DNA from: Eukaryota sp. TZLM1-RC
Taxonomy: Eukaryota > Protista > Metamonada: BaSk clade
Direction: 5' to 3'
Length of the DNA: 64,000 nucleotides
Assembly: GCA_040285825.1 (NCBI GenBank)
Contig: JAUPSS010000003.1
Coordinates: 3,596,001-3,660,000 of the forward strand
Shown: positions 47,890 through 60,566 of the stretch, piece by piece
Layout: every line of letters begins with the position of its first letter
Numbering within the stretch: position 1 is the stretch's first letter
Translations under genes and position numbers: made by a program
The notes under the pieces: generated by a model
What the model saw: only the letters and a program-made list of their open reading frames with translations
The model's database searches: none
Told to the model about the DNA's origin: nothing

Positions 47890-50800
47890 AAACTTTTTTT
47901 TTGAAATGTATTTATTTATTAGAAAACTTATAAATCAACATCTAAATAATCCATCTCCCAAAACAAAACAACTAAATGCAACTCTCTTATAGTGAGATTC
48001 AAGAGAAAGCAATGCATCAGAAACCATTTTCAACATCCGCGTAAGAATAGAAAATACAATTCTATTTTGCCAAAACAATCTGTTGAAATTTTTGTTTGTT
48101 CTTCTCTTTACAATCATTTCAAAATCTGCCAAAAAGCGTATAGCCGTGGGAGCAAATGAGCCAAAAAGAGAAAATTCAAATGTATACAAATTGTATTTTG
48201 CATGCTGTTGGCTGGACAATTTTGGATAAAGCCTTATTGTATTTTTTGATTCTGAAATTTCCAGCATTTGAAAGTGGATTATTGAATTTCAAAATTAGCA
48301 AGCCTTTCATTTGAGGCATTACAAGGATCAACAGACATTACATCCAGTAAAATGAAAGTTCCATCTAATCCAGGTATTATGACATCACCTCTATCGTTCT
48401 CATGAAAATCATCTTCAGTATCGAACAGATTTGACAACAGAGGTTCCAAAAAGGATTCAATTCTATAAGACTTACACATACAATATAATTGGTCTCTAAC
48501 ATTATCGTGAACCTTGCTTCTAAAAGTAATAAAGTGTTTACAATTTAACAAATGAGTAATCGTAATTTTTCGAGAACATTTACAAATAAAATTGCGAGGT
48601 AAATTATCAGGCCAGATAAAGGAACGAAATTTGATATTCAAAGTCCAAGCAGAATCAATCAAGAGAGTGCCATAAACTTGAGGAATTGTTGTTACTAAGG
48701 CAGAAGAAGTACTATCACACATATCTTGTAAAAGATTTCTAAACGCGGACTTCTTTTTCTTGGCCAAGCTTAGTTTAACATCAAAATTTAAGTTGTCAGA
48801 AATCTTTAACAATTTTTGTTGAAGCTTTTACAGCAAAACTGCAAATTAAAAAGAGATCGTTTTGGAATTTCTTGAATTGATTGGGAAAAACATTTGGTCC
48901 ATATTTGTGGTGGAACCCTGTTGAGTTCACAAGATAACTCATTCAAAAATGGACTGCAACTTGGAACTAACAAATGAGAATCTTCATGAAATCTACGAGA
49001 AAATTCATAAATATAATTCTTGCCTCCATCCAAAAATGCTGATTGACACAAAATAGAAGATTTTTAAATCCAATACCACCAAAATTTGCTGCCGAAAATA
49101 AGTGATTTTTCAACATTCCTGTTTCTACATCCAATAAATCAGCAAAATATTCTGTTCTCAATGAATTAAAGGAACGACAAAAATTTAATGCTATGGATGG
49201 AGCACAACTCAAAATGTGGGTTATTCTTCCAGTATAGCAAATTTTAAGCATAAAAACTTTAATTTCTTTTTCTAAATCTAAGGAAGAAATTGAATCAAGT
49301 TCAATTTTCATTTTTCCCAAAATAATGTGTAATTCATTCTGAATTTGAGGCACATTTTCTAACCAACAACCAAAAAACTTCACAGCATCACTACTATAAT
49401 TAGTAAAAGGGACAGCAAAATCATTAATCACAAAATCCTGAGCAGAAGAGCCAATCAGAAGGCATTTGCTCGCATTAAAATGAAGCACAATATTGTCATA
49501 TGAATCGGCAATTTCTTGAGCAACCAATTGTAGTAAATCAAATGAACCAATCAGGGATATTTCATCCATATAAGAAACTATCTTTAGGGAAGGGTATTTT
49601 TGCTTAATGATATCCAAAAATTTGTGAATAGCTAAACAAAACAATAAAGGTCCTAAAGGATCACCTTGTTTTACACCACAAAATGATTTTAAACCAAAAG
49701 AATTAAATATTAATCTGATTCTTTACCATAAAAGTGGTGTAAAAAAACTTCAGAGCTCAGGAAAATCAGGTTTAATTACTTCAAAAATTTCTTTTCGGTT
49801 TACAGAATTAAAAGCATTTTCAAAGTCGAGATTAAAAATAATATTATTATTATCTGAATAAGAAAAAAAGTCAGAAACAAGAGCAGCAACAGAAGTACCA
49901 TCAATTGTGTTTATTCCAAATTGATAAGAATTTAAAAATGTAGAAGCTTTGTCTTTGACACGAGCAAAGACAATCGATGCCAACAAACGGAACAAAGATT
50001 CACCAACGGCAATGGGGCGTATACCATCAGGTATAATTCCATTACCTAGCTTTACTAAAGCAATCAATCGTGCAGCTAATAATTCAAATTGAGGATCAAT
50101 TTTCAAAACAATTAATTGTTGAAAATAATTGGCAAGATCATCAGCAATTTCAGTGCCACTGGAACACCCTATTTTCAACAAATCAAAAGAAATTCCAGAT
50201 CGGCCTGCAGCTTTTCCTTTTGGTAGTTTGAAATTGCTTTGAAAAGTTCAATTGCGGAAATTGGATTTTCGATCCAAAAAGGATAAACATCAGGCTTGCT
50301 ACACTTGAAACTGTCTTGAGGATGCAACTTTTGAAGTTTTTTCAAGAGTTTCAGAAGTTGCATCAGCCAAAGAAGAGGAAAACAAGGACTGTTTTGCAGC
50401 TCCATAACGACCACGTAAGCACAATTTTCGGATAACTTTTGATTTTCCAATTTTTTTCATTCCAAAATTTTTTTTACAACATCTTTTGTTTTTTCTTGCA
50501 AAATATTTTTAGGATGAAAAATTACACTTGTTGTTTTTTAATTCAGAAGTGAAAGTTCGCATTTCCATTGAAAAAGGAATTGTATTGGCGGGACTAATTT
50601 CCACTGGAATCTGAAGTGGTCGTCGAACAGTGGCAGCAGCTTTTCAATTGGTACAAAACAAATGTTCGACCATTTTTTGGGCAGAATTTAATTCAATTTC
50701 TTTTTTTGAAGAAATTACTTTTGAGATATCGGTTGGTATGTAATTGCTCAAAATTACTGTCGCTTTCCGATGTAGGAGCTCAGAAAGTTCTTCAAGATTT

Positions 50801-50985
50801 CAATGACTACTGACAATGTGTTGCCAAAAGTAGGTACAAGATTCACCGTGTGCCTGTGATTTCACTACACTAAAGTGACATTTATAGTGACTGGAAGTAT
50901 CTGCAACATTTTTGGTGAGGTAGAAAGAGTTGGACCTAGGTAAGTGTGTGAAGTAGGCAGAACAAATGTCTTTCTTGTCTGTCAT
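47890..50985 (-). mobile_element. Near full-length but frameshifted CRE-clade non-LTR retrotransposon
   Basis: GIRPIAVGE, LDFENAFNSV, GVKQGDPLGP, YMDEI, FGGIG, CKC..HLLNC, RGDV..LLDV; A-rich tail near 47890-47920. Confidence 0.88.
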
Positions 50986-51154
50986 ATCTTTTAAAAGAAG
51001 ATCGAATAGACTGAGAAGTCATATATTGCACAGTTGTGTTAGTCTTGAATAGTATTTATAGTTTATTTGTATAGTTTATTAGTATTCCGCCTATTAGTTT
51101 AAGAAGAGAGAATACAGTTCCTCTTCGTAATAAATTTCATTACTTTTCTACTGT

Positions 51155-54100
51155 ATGTCTAACATTAACGAGCAAAGACCATCAATACGTATTGGGTCGT
51201 CCCCGGCTCAACGCAGGATCCATGAGGAAGAGACTGGTCTCTCTTCCTCACCACTAACCACAGACCCAGCTACCGTGCCTTCTTCTTCAGTAGAAGCTTC
51301 TGCGCTTCCTGAAGCCACTCCTCCTGAGGGTTCTACCCCAAGGGAAGACAGTTCCTTTCCAGAGGATTCCGTTCCAATGGAAGGAAGCTCCCCTCCTCGG
51401 GATTCCGTTCCTGTGGAAGGAGACAACCCTTTTAAGGATTCTATTCCTTCGGAAGGAAGAAGCCCTTCGTTAGTCTCCTACGACGACGAAGATGCTGAGG
51501 ATTCCGTTGCTCCTCCCCCTCCTTCGCAATTGAGGGCATCTGAAGTCCCACCTTCTCCCCTCTCTGAAAGAGGTTCTGAAGTACCACCTTCACCTTCTAC
51601 TCAAAACAGAGAGACTGTTCAACCTTCTCTCGCTGCAAAGGAAGGATTGGAAGATCAACCCTCTTCCTCCCTTACAAAGGCCATTGAAGTACCATCTTCA
51701 TCCCTTCCATCCAGTTCTGAGGTTCCACCCTCTCACTCTCAACAGCTCCTCCCTCCAGTTCCAACTGTTAGGAGGAATATTCAAAATCCTGCTGTTCCAA
51801 CTTCAGGATCTCCTCTAACTTCAACAGTAAGTGGAGTTAATAATCTGTCTGTTTCCCCTTTCCAGGCTAGTGATTCCATTCCTAGCTCTTCGAACCTTCC
51901 TTCGTATCTTTCTGAAGAGCAAAGGAAAAGGTACGAACAAATCTTTCAGATTTAGTAGAGTACGAGGAACCTCCCAAGGAATTCTCCCCTTTACCTCAAC
52001 ACCAGGTCCCTCTTACGGCACCTCCATCCGAAATTGACAGAATTCCTGGTGAGGTCTCTAAAGAATATGTAGAGCGTTTTCTTCAAGAAGAACGAAACTG
52101 GGAACACAGAAAAAGACTGGATAGAAAGATTGAAGCTAGAAGAGGAACATCCTCTACACCTGCTCAACCTACCCCTTCTCAAGCTAGCTCCTATGCTAGT
52201 TCAAGTGTTCATCGTGGTGCTTCCCGTCAGCACAATCCTTATGCCCGTTATAGGGATCCGCAAGTAATTCCAGAAGACCCTGAAGCCATCCCTCCCACGG
52301 AGATGAGCAACGGGCGTCCTCCTTTCTTCGGTCCTAGAGTCGAAAATGACCTAGGATTATGGATCACTCCAAGGATTGGTCCATATCTCTTCGACGAAAA
52401 AATTACCCCAGAGAGCACGAGACACAATCCAGTACCCACTCACGACCCTAGACCCGGAGTTAGGTTCATGAGAACTACTCGAGAAGGAGTATTCAGACGC
52501 TTCGCTGGAGATGAAGATAACCTCTTCATAAATGCCTACAACCCTTGCCCCTATCCTAGGTTCAGCCCTGGGTACAACGCATCTCTCGATATCCTTATCG
52601 ACAGAGATTATAGAACAGGGTGGTGATTTATCGAAACCACATATGGTGAAAGACTCTTCCTTTACGACAAACGTCCTGACCATATAGCTTCATATTGCGG
52701 TCCTGACCACAGAAGATCAGGTAAACTTCAAAGAGCTCTCCAGCTCGTCACTATTTTCCCTGGATGTATAGAATCCAGGATGTTAAAATGGGTCATGGTA
52801 AAAGGTCGCATTGAAAAGACACGCTTGGTTCAACCAGCGATCTCTTCATATCAGGTCCCAGCCCAGATTGAAGAGACAGAACCTTCTCCTCAACCCCAAC
52901 CTCAACAGAGTGAAGCTCCATCTTCCTTCGCTCAACCTCCCGAATCATCACAACGTCCTATGGAAACTGATTCATTTTCTACCACGGAAACCCCTAATCC
53001 CAACCAATCTGCTAGGGAACAAGCCGACGACGACGTCATCACTGTGAGCAGTGAATCACCCACCCCCATCACATCTTCTGATGCAGTACCTGCTCCCATC
53101 ACTCCCGTTAGTCGAGCTCCTCAACCCCAACCTACACCTTCCACGACAGGTTCAACAACCTCCATTTCCTCACATCAATCACCCTTCTTGGGCACATACG
53201 AAAGTAGCCTTCTCCTTTCTTCAATGATTGGATCAAGAGATCGAGATGACAGACGTAAAGACCGTCCAAAACGTCCATATCGTGAAGCTTCCGATTTGAG
53301 AGATGCTGATAAACTTCTAAAGTTTGTCAACAAATTCATTCTCTGGAGTCGTACCGACCGAGTCCTAAGAGAAACGAGAGGTAACGTTGAGGATCCAGCC
53401 CAGATAGCTCTAGCCAACGAAGTTGCCAGACTACGTGAAGAATTAGAGCTAGCTAGAGAAGGTTCCCAACCATCGATCGATGAGTATTTTGGTAACATCA
53501 CTGGAGAACCAGTTCACGAATGGGACTTGTTCCGTCAAGCCATGAGGATCAACCCCCGAGGCCTCGCTGAATGTGTCACCCCTGAGGTGCTAAATGCGCT
53601 AAGATATCAAGGTGCTCACCTAGCTATCTCTTCTCCCATGGTCCCTACCTCAAGAGACGAACGCATCATTTGGGCTCAAATTCTAAGAAGAACCCAATTC
53701 AGCAGACTGGATGAGGCTAATCGAGCTCTCCGCGCAACTAACATGGACTGGTCGGAAAGAGATTATGGCAATAGATGGATTGACTTCATGGTCAACATTG
53801 GCAGAGTTTTGACTCGCTCTACTGCCATCCAAGAGTTTAGGGGCATCTCTCAACAATTGAGAACATTCTCCATAAGCTCCACTTCTCCAGCTGACAGACT
53901 TTCAGACTGGGTAGTTGCTACTCATGTCCTAGAAAGCGTAGGAATTATCCCTATCAGAGACAGACTCCTCAGGATCTGGTCCTCTCCCTCTCACTACTCA
54001 TCTGATGGCCACACCCTTGGCGAATTCTTTAGTGTTCTTCAAATTGAATACGAGAATTTTTGTAACGCCAGATCGTTCATGGAACAGCTAAACCATGTCG

Positions 54101-54267
54101 ATTTCACCTATCAGAACCAAATAAATCACCAGCAGGCCTCTCGCCGACCTCCCATGGTCGTTCCCTCCCCACCTGACATTCCCAGACCACGAGGTTCTGG
54201 TCCAGGTAAACGCCCCAAACAAAGTAAGAGAGGAGGAAGCCTAAAACAATCGTTTTCCCAGGATTAG
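51155..54267 (+). pseudogene. Long gag of a third gypsy family (C), disrupted
   Basis: S/P-rich N-terminus. Core 'PVHEWDLFRQAM..TQF' matches 'PVHQYDFVRSM..TQY' (family A) and 'PIHHYDLFRSM..TQF' (family B). Confidence 0.7.
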
Positions 54268-56094
54268 CGACATTTTAGAGTTTCTAAGTAGAGCTAATTA
54301 TATAGCAGTCTAGATTTACCTAAGGCATTTTGGCAGCTCAAAATTGCAGAAAAGGATATTGATAAAACTACCGTATCAATTCCTGGGATGTCGATCAGTT
54401 TTAAAAGGGCTTGTTTTGGTTTGAAGAACGTTCCTGCAGTCTTCCAAAACATGATGATGGAAATTTTTGATTCCGAAGGTGTATTTATATATATCGATGA
54501 TATTATAATAGTAGCTTCAACCTTGGATGAATTTCTATCAAGAGTAGGTACGGTCCTAGAACGCGCCAAACGTTTTAGAGTTAACCTGGGCCTACCCAAG
54601 TGTAGCTTTACCACTTGCAAACATGAAATAAAAATTCTAGGTAGTATTTTTGTAAACAAAACCCGTTATATAGATGAATCTAGGATCAAGGGACTGATCA
54701 ACCTACCCAAACCCAGGACATTACCTGAAGTTAGGAGTTTTATAGGTTCAATCAATTATATACGTGACTGGTTGCCAAATTGTCTGATTTGATAGAACCA
54801 ATCAACAAATTAACCAGAAACAAACCGTCAAAAATCAAGTGGACTTCTGATCATGACGAGGCTTCTGGTAAGATTATAAATCTTATTAAAGCAAATATCC
54901 CTCTTGAATTGCCCTCAGAAGACAAGCATATTTTAATAAGTGCTGACGCGTCCGATGTGGCTGTAGGTGGAGTAATATGGCAAGAAGCTAACCCACCTAA
55001 AGATCCTACGACACCGCTAATTAAGAGAAAGGTTGTACCTATTGCCTTCTTTAGCAGATTATTATCAACTTCACAAAAGAATTGGTCTGTACTTCAGAAA
55101 GAATTGTATGCAATTTTACTAATTCTCACTGACAGTAGTTTAGAGAATTATTTAATTTCGAGGAAATTAACTATATTCACTGATCATAGAAACTTAGCAT
55201 ACCTTATATCAGCTGCTGAAAAGAACAGAATTGTGAAAAGGTGGCTACCAATATTGTCAGAATTCAATTTTGATGTAGTTCACACTGCAGGCGAGGAGAA
55301 TTATTGGGCAGACATGTTGTCTAGATTGGTTGATATCAAACCCAAAACCCCTCGAGTCCAACAAGTGAGAAACTTGGCACCTCACAGAGTTGAAGAACAA
55401 TTACCCTATTTAAATTTATTAACTAGAGTTAATTTGTTAAGGGATGATATTACTCAACCGTCCACAATTGAGCTACCCACGATTAATAGCTTATCTGCCT
55501 TAAAAGAAGCAGTTGAGGATACTAAATTTGATTTATTTGACACTTGGATCTCAAAGATTAGGCAAGAACAACTTATAGATGTTGATTCAAACCCTGACTA
55601 TTTCAAAGATTACAAATATAATTCTGATATTCAATTGTATACCAACAATCGTGGGAAGATTGTTATCCCAGATAGTTTAGAGAAGCAGACCTTAACTATC
55701 ATTCATGGACATGCAAATGTTGGCCATCCTAGTGTGACGGCTAGCGTAAAGAAATTACTCAATAGTAATTACTTTTGGCCCGACATGCGCAAAGACATGA
55801 TTAATCATATTAAGAGATGCCCAGCATGTCAAAGGACGGCACATGTGCCTAAAAATGTTATTGAATCATCTGGTTCTCTTTGGGCTGATCGACCTTTTGC
55901 ACGATTAAATGCAGACAATTTTGGACCATTACAACAAGATGATAATGGATTCAAATATTTAATAGTTTTTGTAGATTCGTTCACTAGGTATACCATCATT
56001 TGCCCTGTGAAGGAATTGAATGCAGTGGAGGCAACCAATCACCTCCTATGGAGTGTAGTATCAATTTTTGGTATCCCACTGTTGATTCATAGTG
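54257..56094 (+). pseudogene. Family A pol fragment (RT-RNase H-IN N-half)
   Basis: Near-identical to 28020-29865 in the opposite orientation; both ends truncated. Confidence 0.9.
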
Positions 56095-56414
56095 AAATTG
56101 AATCAAGTTCAATTTTCATTTTTTCCAAAATAACTTGCAATTCATTCTGAATTTGAGGCACGTTTCCTAACCAACAACCAAGGAACTTAAAAGCATCACT
56201 ACTATAATTAGTAGAAGGGACAATAGAATCGTTTATCACGAGATTTTGAGCAGAAGAGCCAATCAGAAGGCATTTGCTCGCATTAAGATGAAGCCCAATA
56301 TTTTCATATGAATCGGGAATTTTTGAGCAACCAATTCTAGTAAATCAAATGAACCAATCGAGGATATATCATCCATATAAGCAACTATTTTTATAGAAGG
56401 GTATTTTTGCTTAA
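56093..56414 (-). pseudogene. CRE-like RT fragment
   Basis: Similar to 49286-49608; YMDDI. Confidence 0.75.
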
Positions 56415-57091
56415 TGGCCAGAATTCGTTATATTTTAGCTGAGTACTATGGGCAAGATATAGTGAAAGCAAGAAGTGCATTTCCACAGGATTTTGAAAAC
56501 TTTGTTTATGGTGAAAGAGTTTATACTTTAAGAACTACCTTTGAGCAACAAAAGTTAAACAAAACATTGAGTTATCTTGATCACTTAAGACACAAGCCTG
56601 AACAGTTTCGACAATTTCTAACTGATGGCTTCAATAGACCACCTGAGTATATGGCCCCAGCAAAGTGTGCCAATTTTGAGAATAAATTGAAATTCAATTA
56701 TGAAAAAACATATCAATCGTTTTATTAATGTTTATTTTGAAAAACCAGATGTGCAAAATGTGTTGACAGAGATGCACAAGCTGGGTGGATACTGAACGCC
56801 ATTATCTACAATTATTTCACTTCAGAGATTTAGGCTTCGTCAATTCAAAAACTTGTTTTTAGTTGAAAATAGAGATTGCTTGAGTTCTTTGGTTTATCAT
56901 CCTTTAAATGTTGCAGATCCTCTGAATGATGAATTTTTCGATTTATGTGAACAACATGATATAAGAAATAATGATCGTAGCTACATCTTTGAAGGTCTTA
57001 TTGAGACATTTACTGGTCAAATTGAGAATTTGGTCAATGACGAGAATTTAGTTAATAACATATTTCCAGTGGATATTCATTTTGTTGCAGA

Positions 57092-59966
57092 AGTTGACGC
57101 CCTAGGGCTTATATGTTATGATTAGAAAATAAATCAACTTTTCCTTATTATCTTTATCTCAACCACTTTTGCAACCTAAGGCAACAATAATTATTGGCCA
57201 TATTAGGTTATAGGTATACCACTTTGTTATAACACAGCTTTTCTACAGAGGATATCTTCAGCAGATATCAAGTCAGTCCTTTTCAGCCAAAACACTGACA
57301 CCGTTAAAACTAACATGCAAAAACATAAAAGGTGTGCAATTAGCATACAAACAGTAGTAGTAGGAGTAGTAAAGACCAGTAAAGTCGAGGACTCGGGCTC
57401 GAGACCACCCTCCGCCCCTCCTCAAAGAAAAACGATGGAAACAGGCACGGAACCACCTCCCACCTCTTCCAAATCAAAATAATGGAAACAGGCACGGAAC
57501 CACCTCCCGCCTCTTCCAAATCCAACCTAATGCCACAAAAGGTTTCAGGAACGGGACCACACCCCTCCTCACCAAAAACGCGAATGTTGGTTCAAGTCCT
57601 GAAAATTTGACTAGTCCTTCAAGGATATGAAGAACTTCAGTCCATTTTAGACGAACTGGATGACGAAGAGAAAGAACTTCGCCAACAAATCGTGAAGGAT
57701 GCGGAGGCTCACCTCGAACCTACAGATTACTGTTTGTTTGAGCGGCTCCCTTCCTTATGGAAGCAAATTTCAAAGACAGAAAGATGACTCCAGTGATGGA
57801 TTCTACAAACTCCTCACAAGGACACAAAGCTTTACCTCGAATCAATTGACTTTTATCCATTCGAGCAGCTCCCTTCCTTACGGAGCCAAACACGAGAAAA
57901 GTCGACCAAATACGAGGTAACGAGTAGAAACTCCACCTCCACTATTATTGTACTACAATGCAAAGATACGGTCCTTGCTCCTCTGATATTTCTAGTCGTA
58001 AAGCCCGTACTTTAACAACAAAAGACGCCACCTTCAGGTCTCTGAAGTTTCTTACTTTGTTTACTGTTGTTTTTGATCCAACATAAACCCTGCATAATCA
58101 TCAACGAATCCATTCGTCGATTCCATGATACCTTTACTAAACGACACCACCACGTTTCTCGTTTACGAAAAAGGGAAGCAGCAGAGCATCTTTATGTAGC
58201 GACTAAAACATACACAACAAAGTATTCAAACACACAGATCTTGAAACGAGGCCCTTTTCAGTTATTGCTTACTACTTTATACTAACATTGTTCTGGGAGA
58301 GCCATAGTACATCAATTGTCGATCTTGAAAATGTGAATCCCAGTGTTTGTGTGAATCCCAATCATTAGAAAGATAATTGTAAACAATAGCAAACATTAGA
58401 ATTTAGTATTTAGTTCTTAGTTTTTATAGTTATTTAGTTATTTGTTATAGTTTTGTTTCATATTCATATAAGCTGATTTATTTTGAAAAAGGGAAGAAGC
58501 AGTGTTGACGCCCTAGGGCTTATATGTTATGATTAGAAAATAAATCAACTTTTCCTCATTATCTTTATTTCAACCATTTTTGCAACCTAAGGCAACAATA
58601 ATTATTGGACATATTAGGTTATAGGTATACCACTTTGTTATAACACAGCTTTTCTACAGAGGATATCTTCAGCAGATATCAAGTCAGTCCTTTTCAGCCA
58701 AAACACTGACACCGTTAAAACTAACATGCAGGAACATAACAGGTATGCAATAAGCATACAAACAGTAGTAGTAGGAGAAATAGTAAAGACCAGTAAAGTC
58801 GAGGACTCGGGCTCGAGACCACCCTCCGCCCCTCCTCAAAGAAAAACGATGGAACAGGCACGGAACCACCTCCCGCCTCTTCCAAATCCAACCTAATGCC
58901 ACAAAAGGTTTCAGGAACGGGACCACACCCCTCCTCACAAAAAAAAACGCGAATGTTGGTTCAAGTCCTGAAAATTCGACTAGTCCTTCAAGGATATGAA
59001 GAACTTCAGTCCATTTTAGACGAACTGGATGACGAAGAGAAAGAACTTCGCCAACAAATCGTGAAGGATGCAAAGGCTCACCTCGAACCTACAGATTACT
59101 GTTTGTTTGAGCAGCTCCCTTCCTTATGGAACCAAATTTCAAAGACAGAAAGATGACTCCAGTGATGGATTCTACAAACTCCTCACAAGGACACGAAGCT
59201 TTACCTCGAATCAATTGACTTTTATCCATTCGAGCAGCTCCCTTCCTTACGGAGCCAAACACGAGAAAAGTCGACCAAATACGAGGTTACGAGTAGAAAC
59301 TCCACCTCCACTATTATTGTACTACAATGCAAAAATACGGTCCTTGCTCCTCTGATATTTTTAGTCGTAAAGCCCGTACTTTAACAACAAAAGACGCCAC
59401 CTTCAGGTCTCTGAAGTTTCTTACTTTGTTTACTGTTGTTTTTGATCCAACATAAACCCTGCATAATCATCAACGAATCCATTCTTCGATTCCATGATAC
59501 CTTTACTAAACGACACCACCACGTTTCTCGTTTACGAAAAAGGGAAGCAGCAGAGCATCTTTATGTAGCGACTAAAACATACACAACAAAGTATTCAAAC
59601 ACACAGATCTTGAAACGAGGCCCTTTTCAGTTATTGCTTACTACTTTATACTAACATTGTTCTGGGAGAGCCATAGTACATCAATTGTCGATCTTGAAAA
59701 TGTGAAACCCAGTGTTTGTGTGAATCCCAATCACTAGAAAGATAATTGTAAACAATAGCAAACATTAGAATTTAGTATTTAGTTCTTAGTTTTTATAGTT
59801 ATTTAGTTATTTGTTATAGTTTTGTTTCATATTCATATAAGCTGATTTATTTTGAAAAAGGGAAGAAGCAGTGTTGGCGCCCTTGGGCTTATATGTTATG
59901 ATTAGAAAATAAATCAACTTTTCCTCATTATCTTTATCTCAACCACTTTTGCAACCTAAGGCAACA
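57092..59966 (+). mobile_element. Tandem dimer of a non-autonomous (TRIM-like) family-B derivative; three 95-bp LTRs (57092-57186, 58503-58597, 59872-59966); TSD CAGA
   Basis: CAGA at 57088-57091 and 59967-59970. Shares the gag remnant 'KDDSS.GFYKLL', the 3' UTR and the PPT with 37322-44639. Confidence 0.88.
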
Positions 59967-60452
59967 CAGACGCTGTTGAAAAAAATCCTCAAATACTCCT
60001 GAGACCAGCAATTGCAATTGCCCAATAAATTTGCAGTAGAGAGAGAAACATTTATCATATTTCTCCTGTTTCAACCACTGTAGGTCCAGGATAATTTCCT
60101 ATTGATACGAGAACAATATGGACAATTATTAAACAAAGGTTAATTGACGATTTATCACCTACACAGACGCTAAAAATGTCCAATACACTAGCCCAACTTA
60201 CGAAATTCAAACCACCTCAGCAATTTGAATTTTGGTCTATTATTCTCAAGATAAACCAGCCATTGTTCAAACAGAAGAGCTAAAAATCCAACAACATTAT
60301 CCACACAGATGGTTTTAATAGTGCAGTGTAATTCGTTCGTCGACACTTGGAAGGCCAGAAATGTAACTAGACAACAAGGCCAGTATTTCTGATCTGTATA
60401 TTGATGATGTTGATGTTTTGCCGTTGAGCATTATGCTAGCTGAATGTTAGAA

Positions 60453-60540
60453 TGTTTAGTAAGGCGGGTTAAGATAAAGATAATTTTATTTAATACTATT
60501 ACATATATATACTAAGGTACTCACTAGTGAGAAACCTACA
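60453..60540 (-). repeat. Solo LTR, family D
   Basis: Reverse-complement match to 770-854. Confidence 0.7.
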
Positions 60541-60566
60541 GATGTTGAAAATTTTCAATAGTGATA

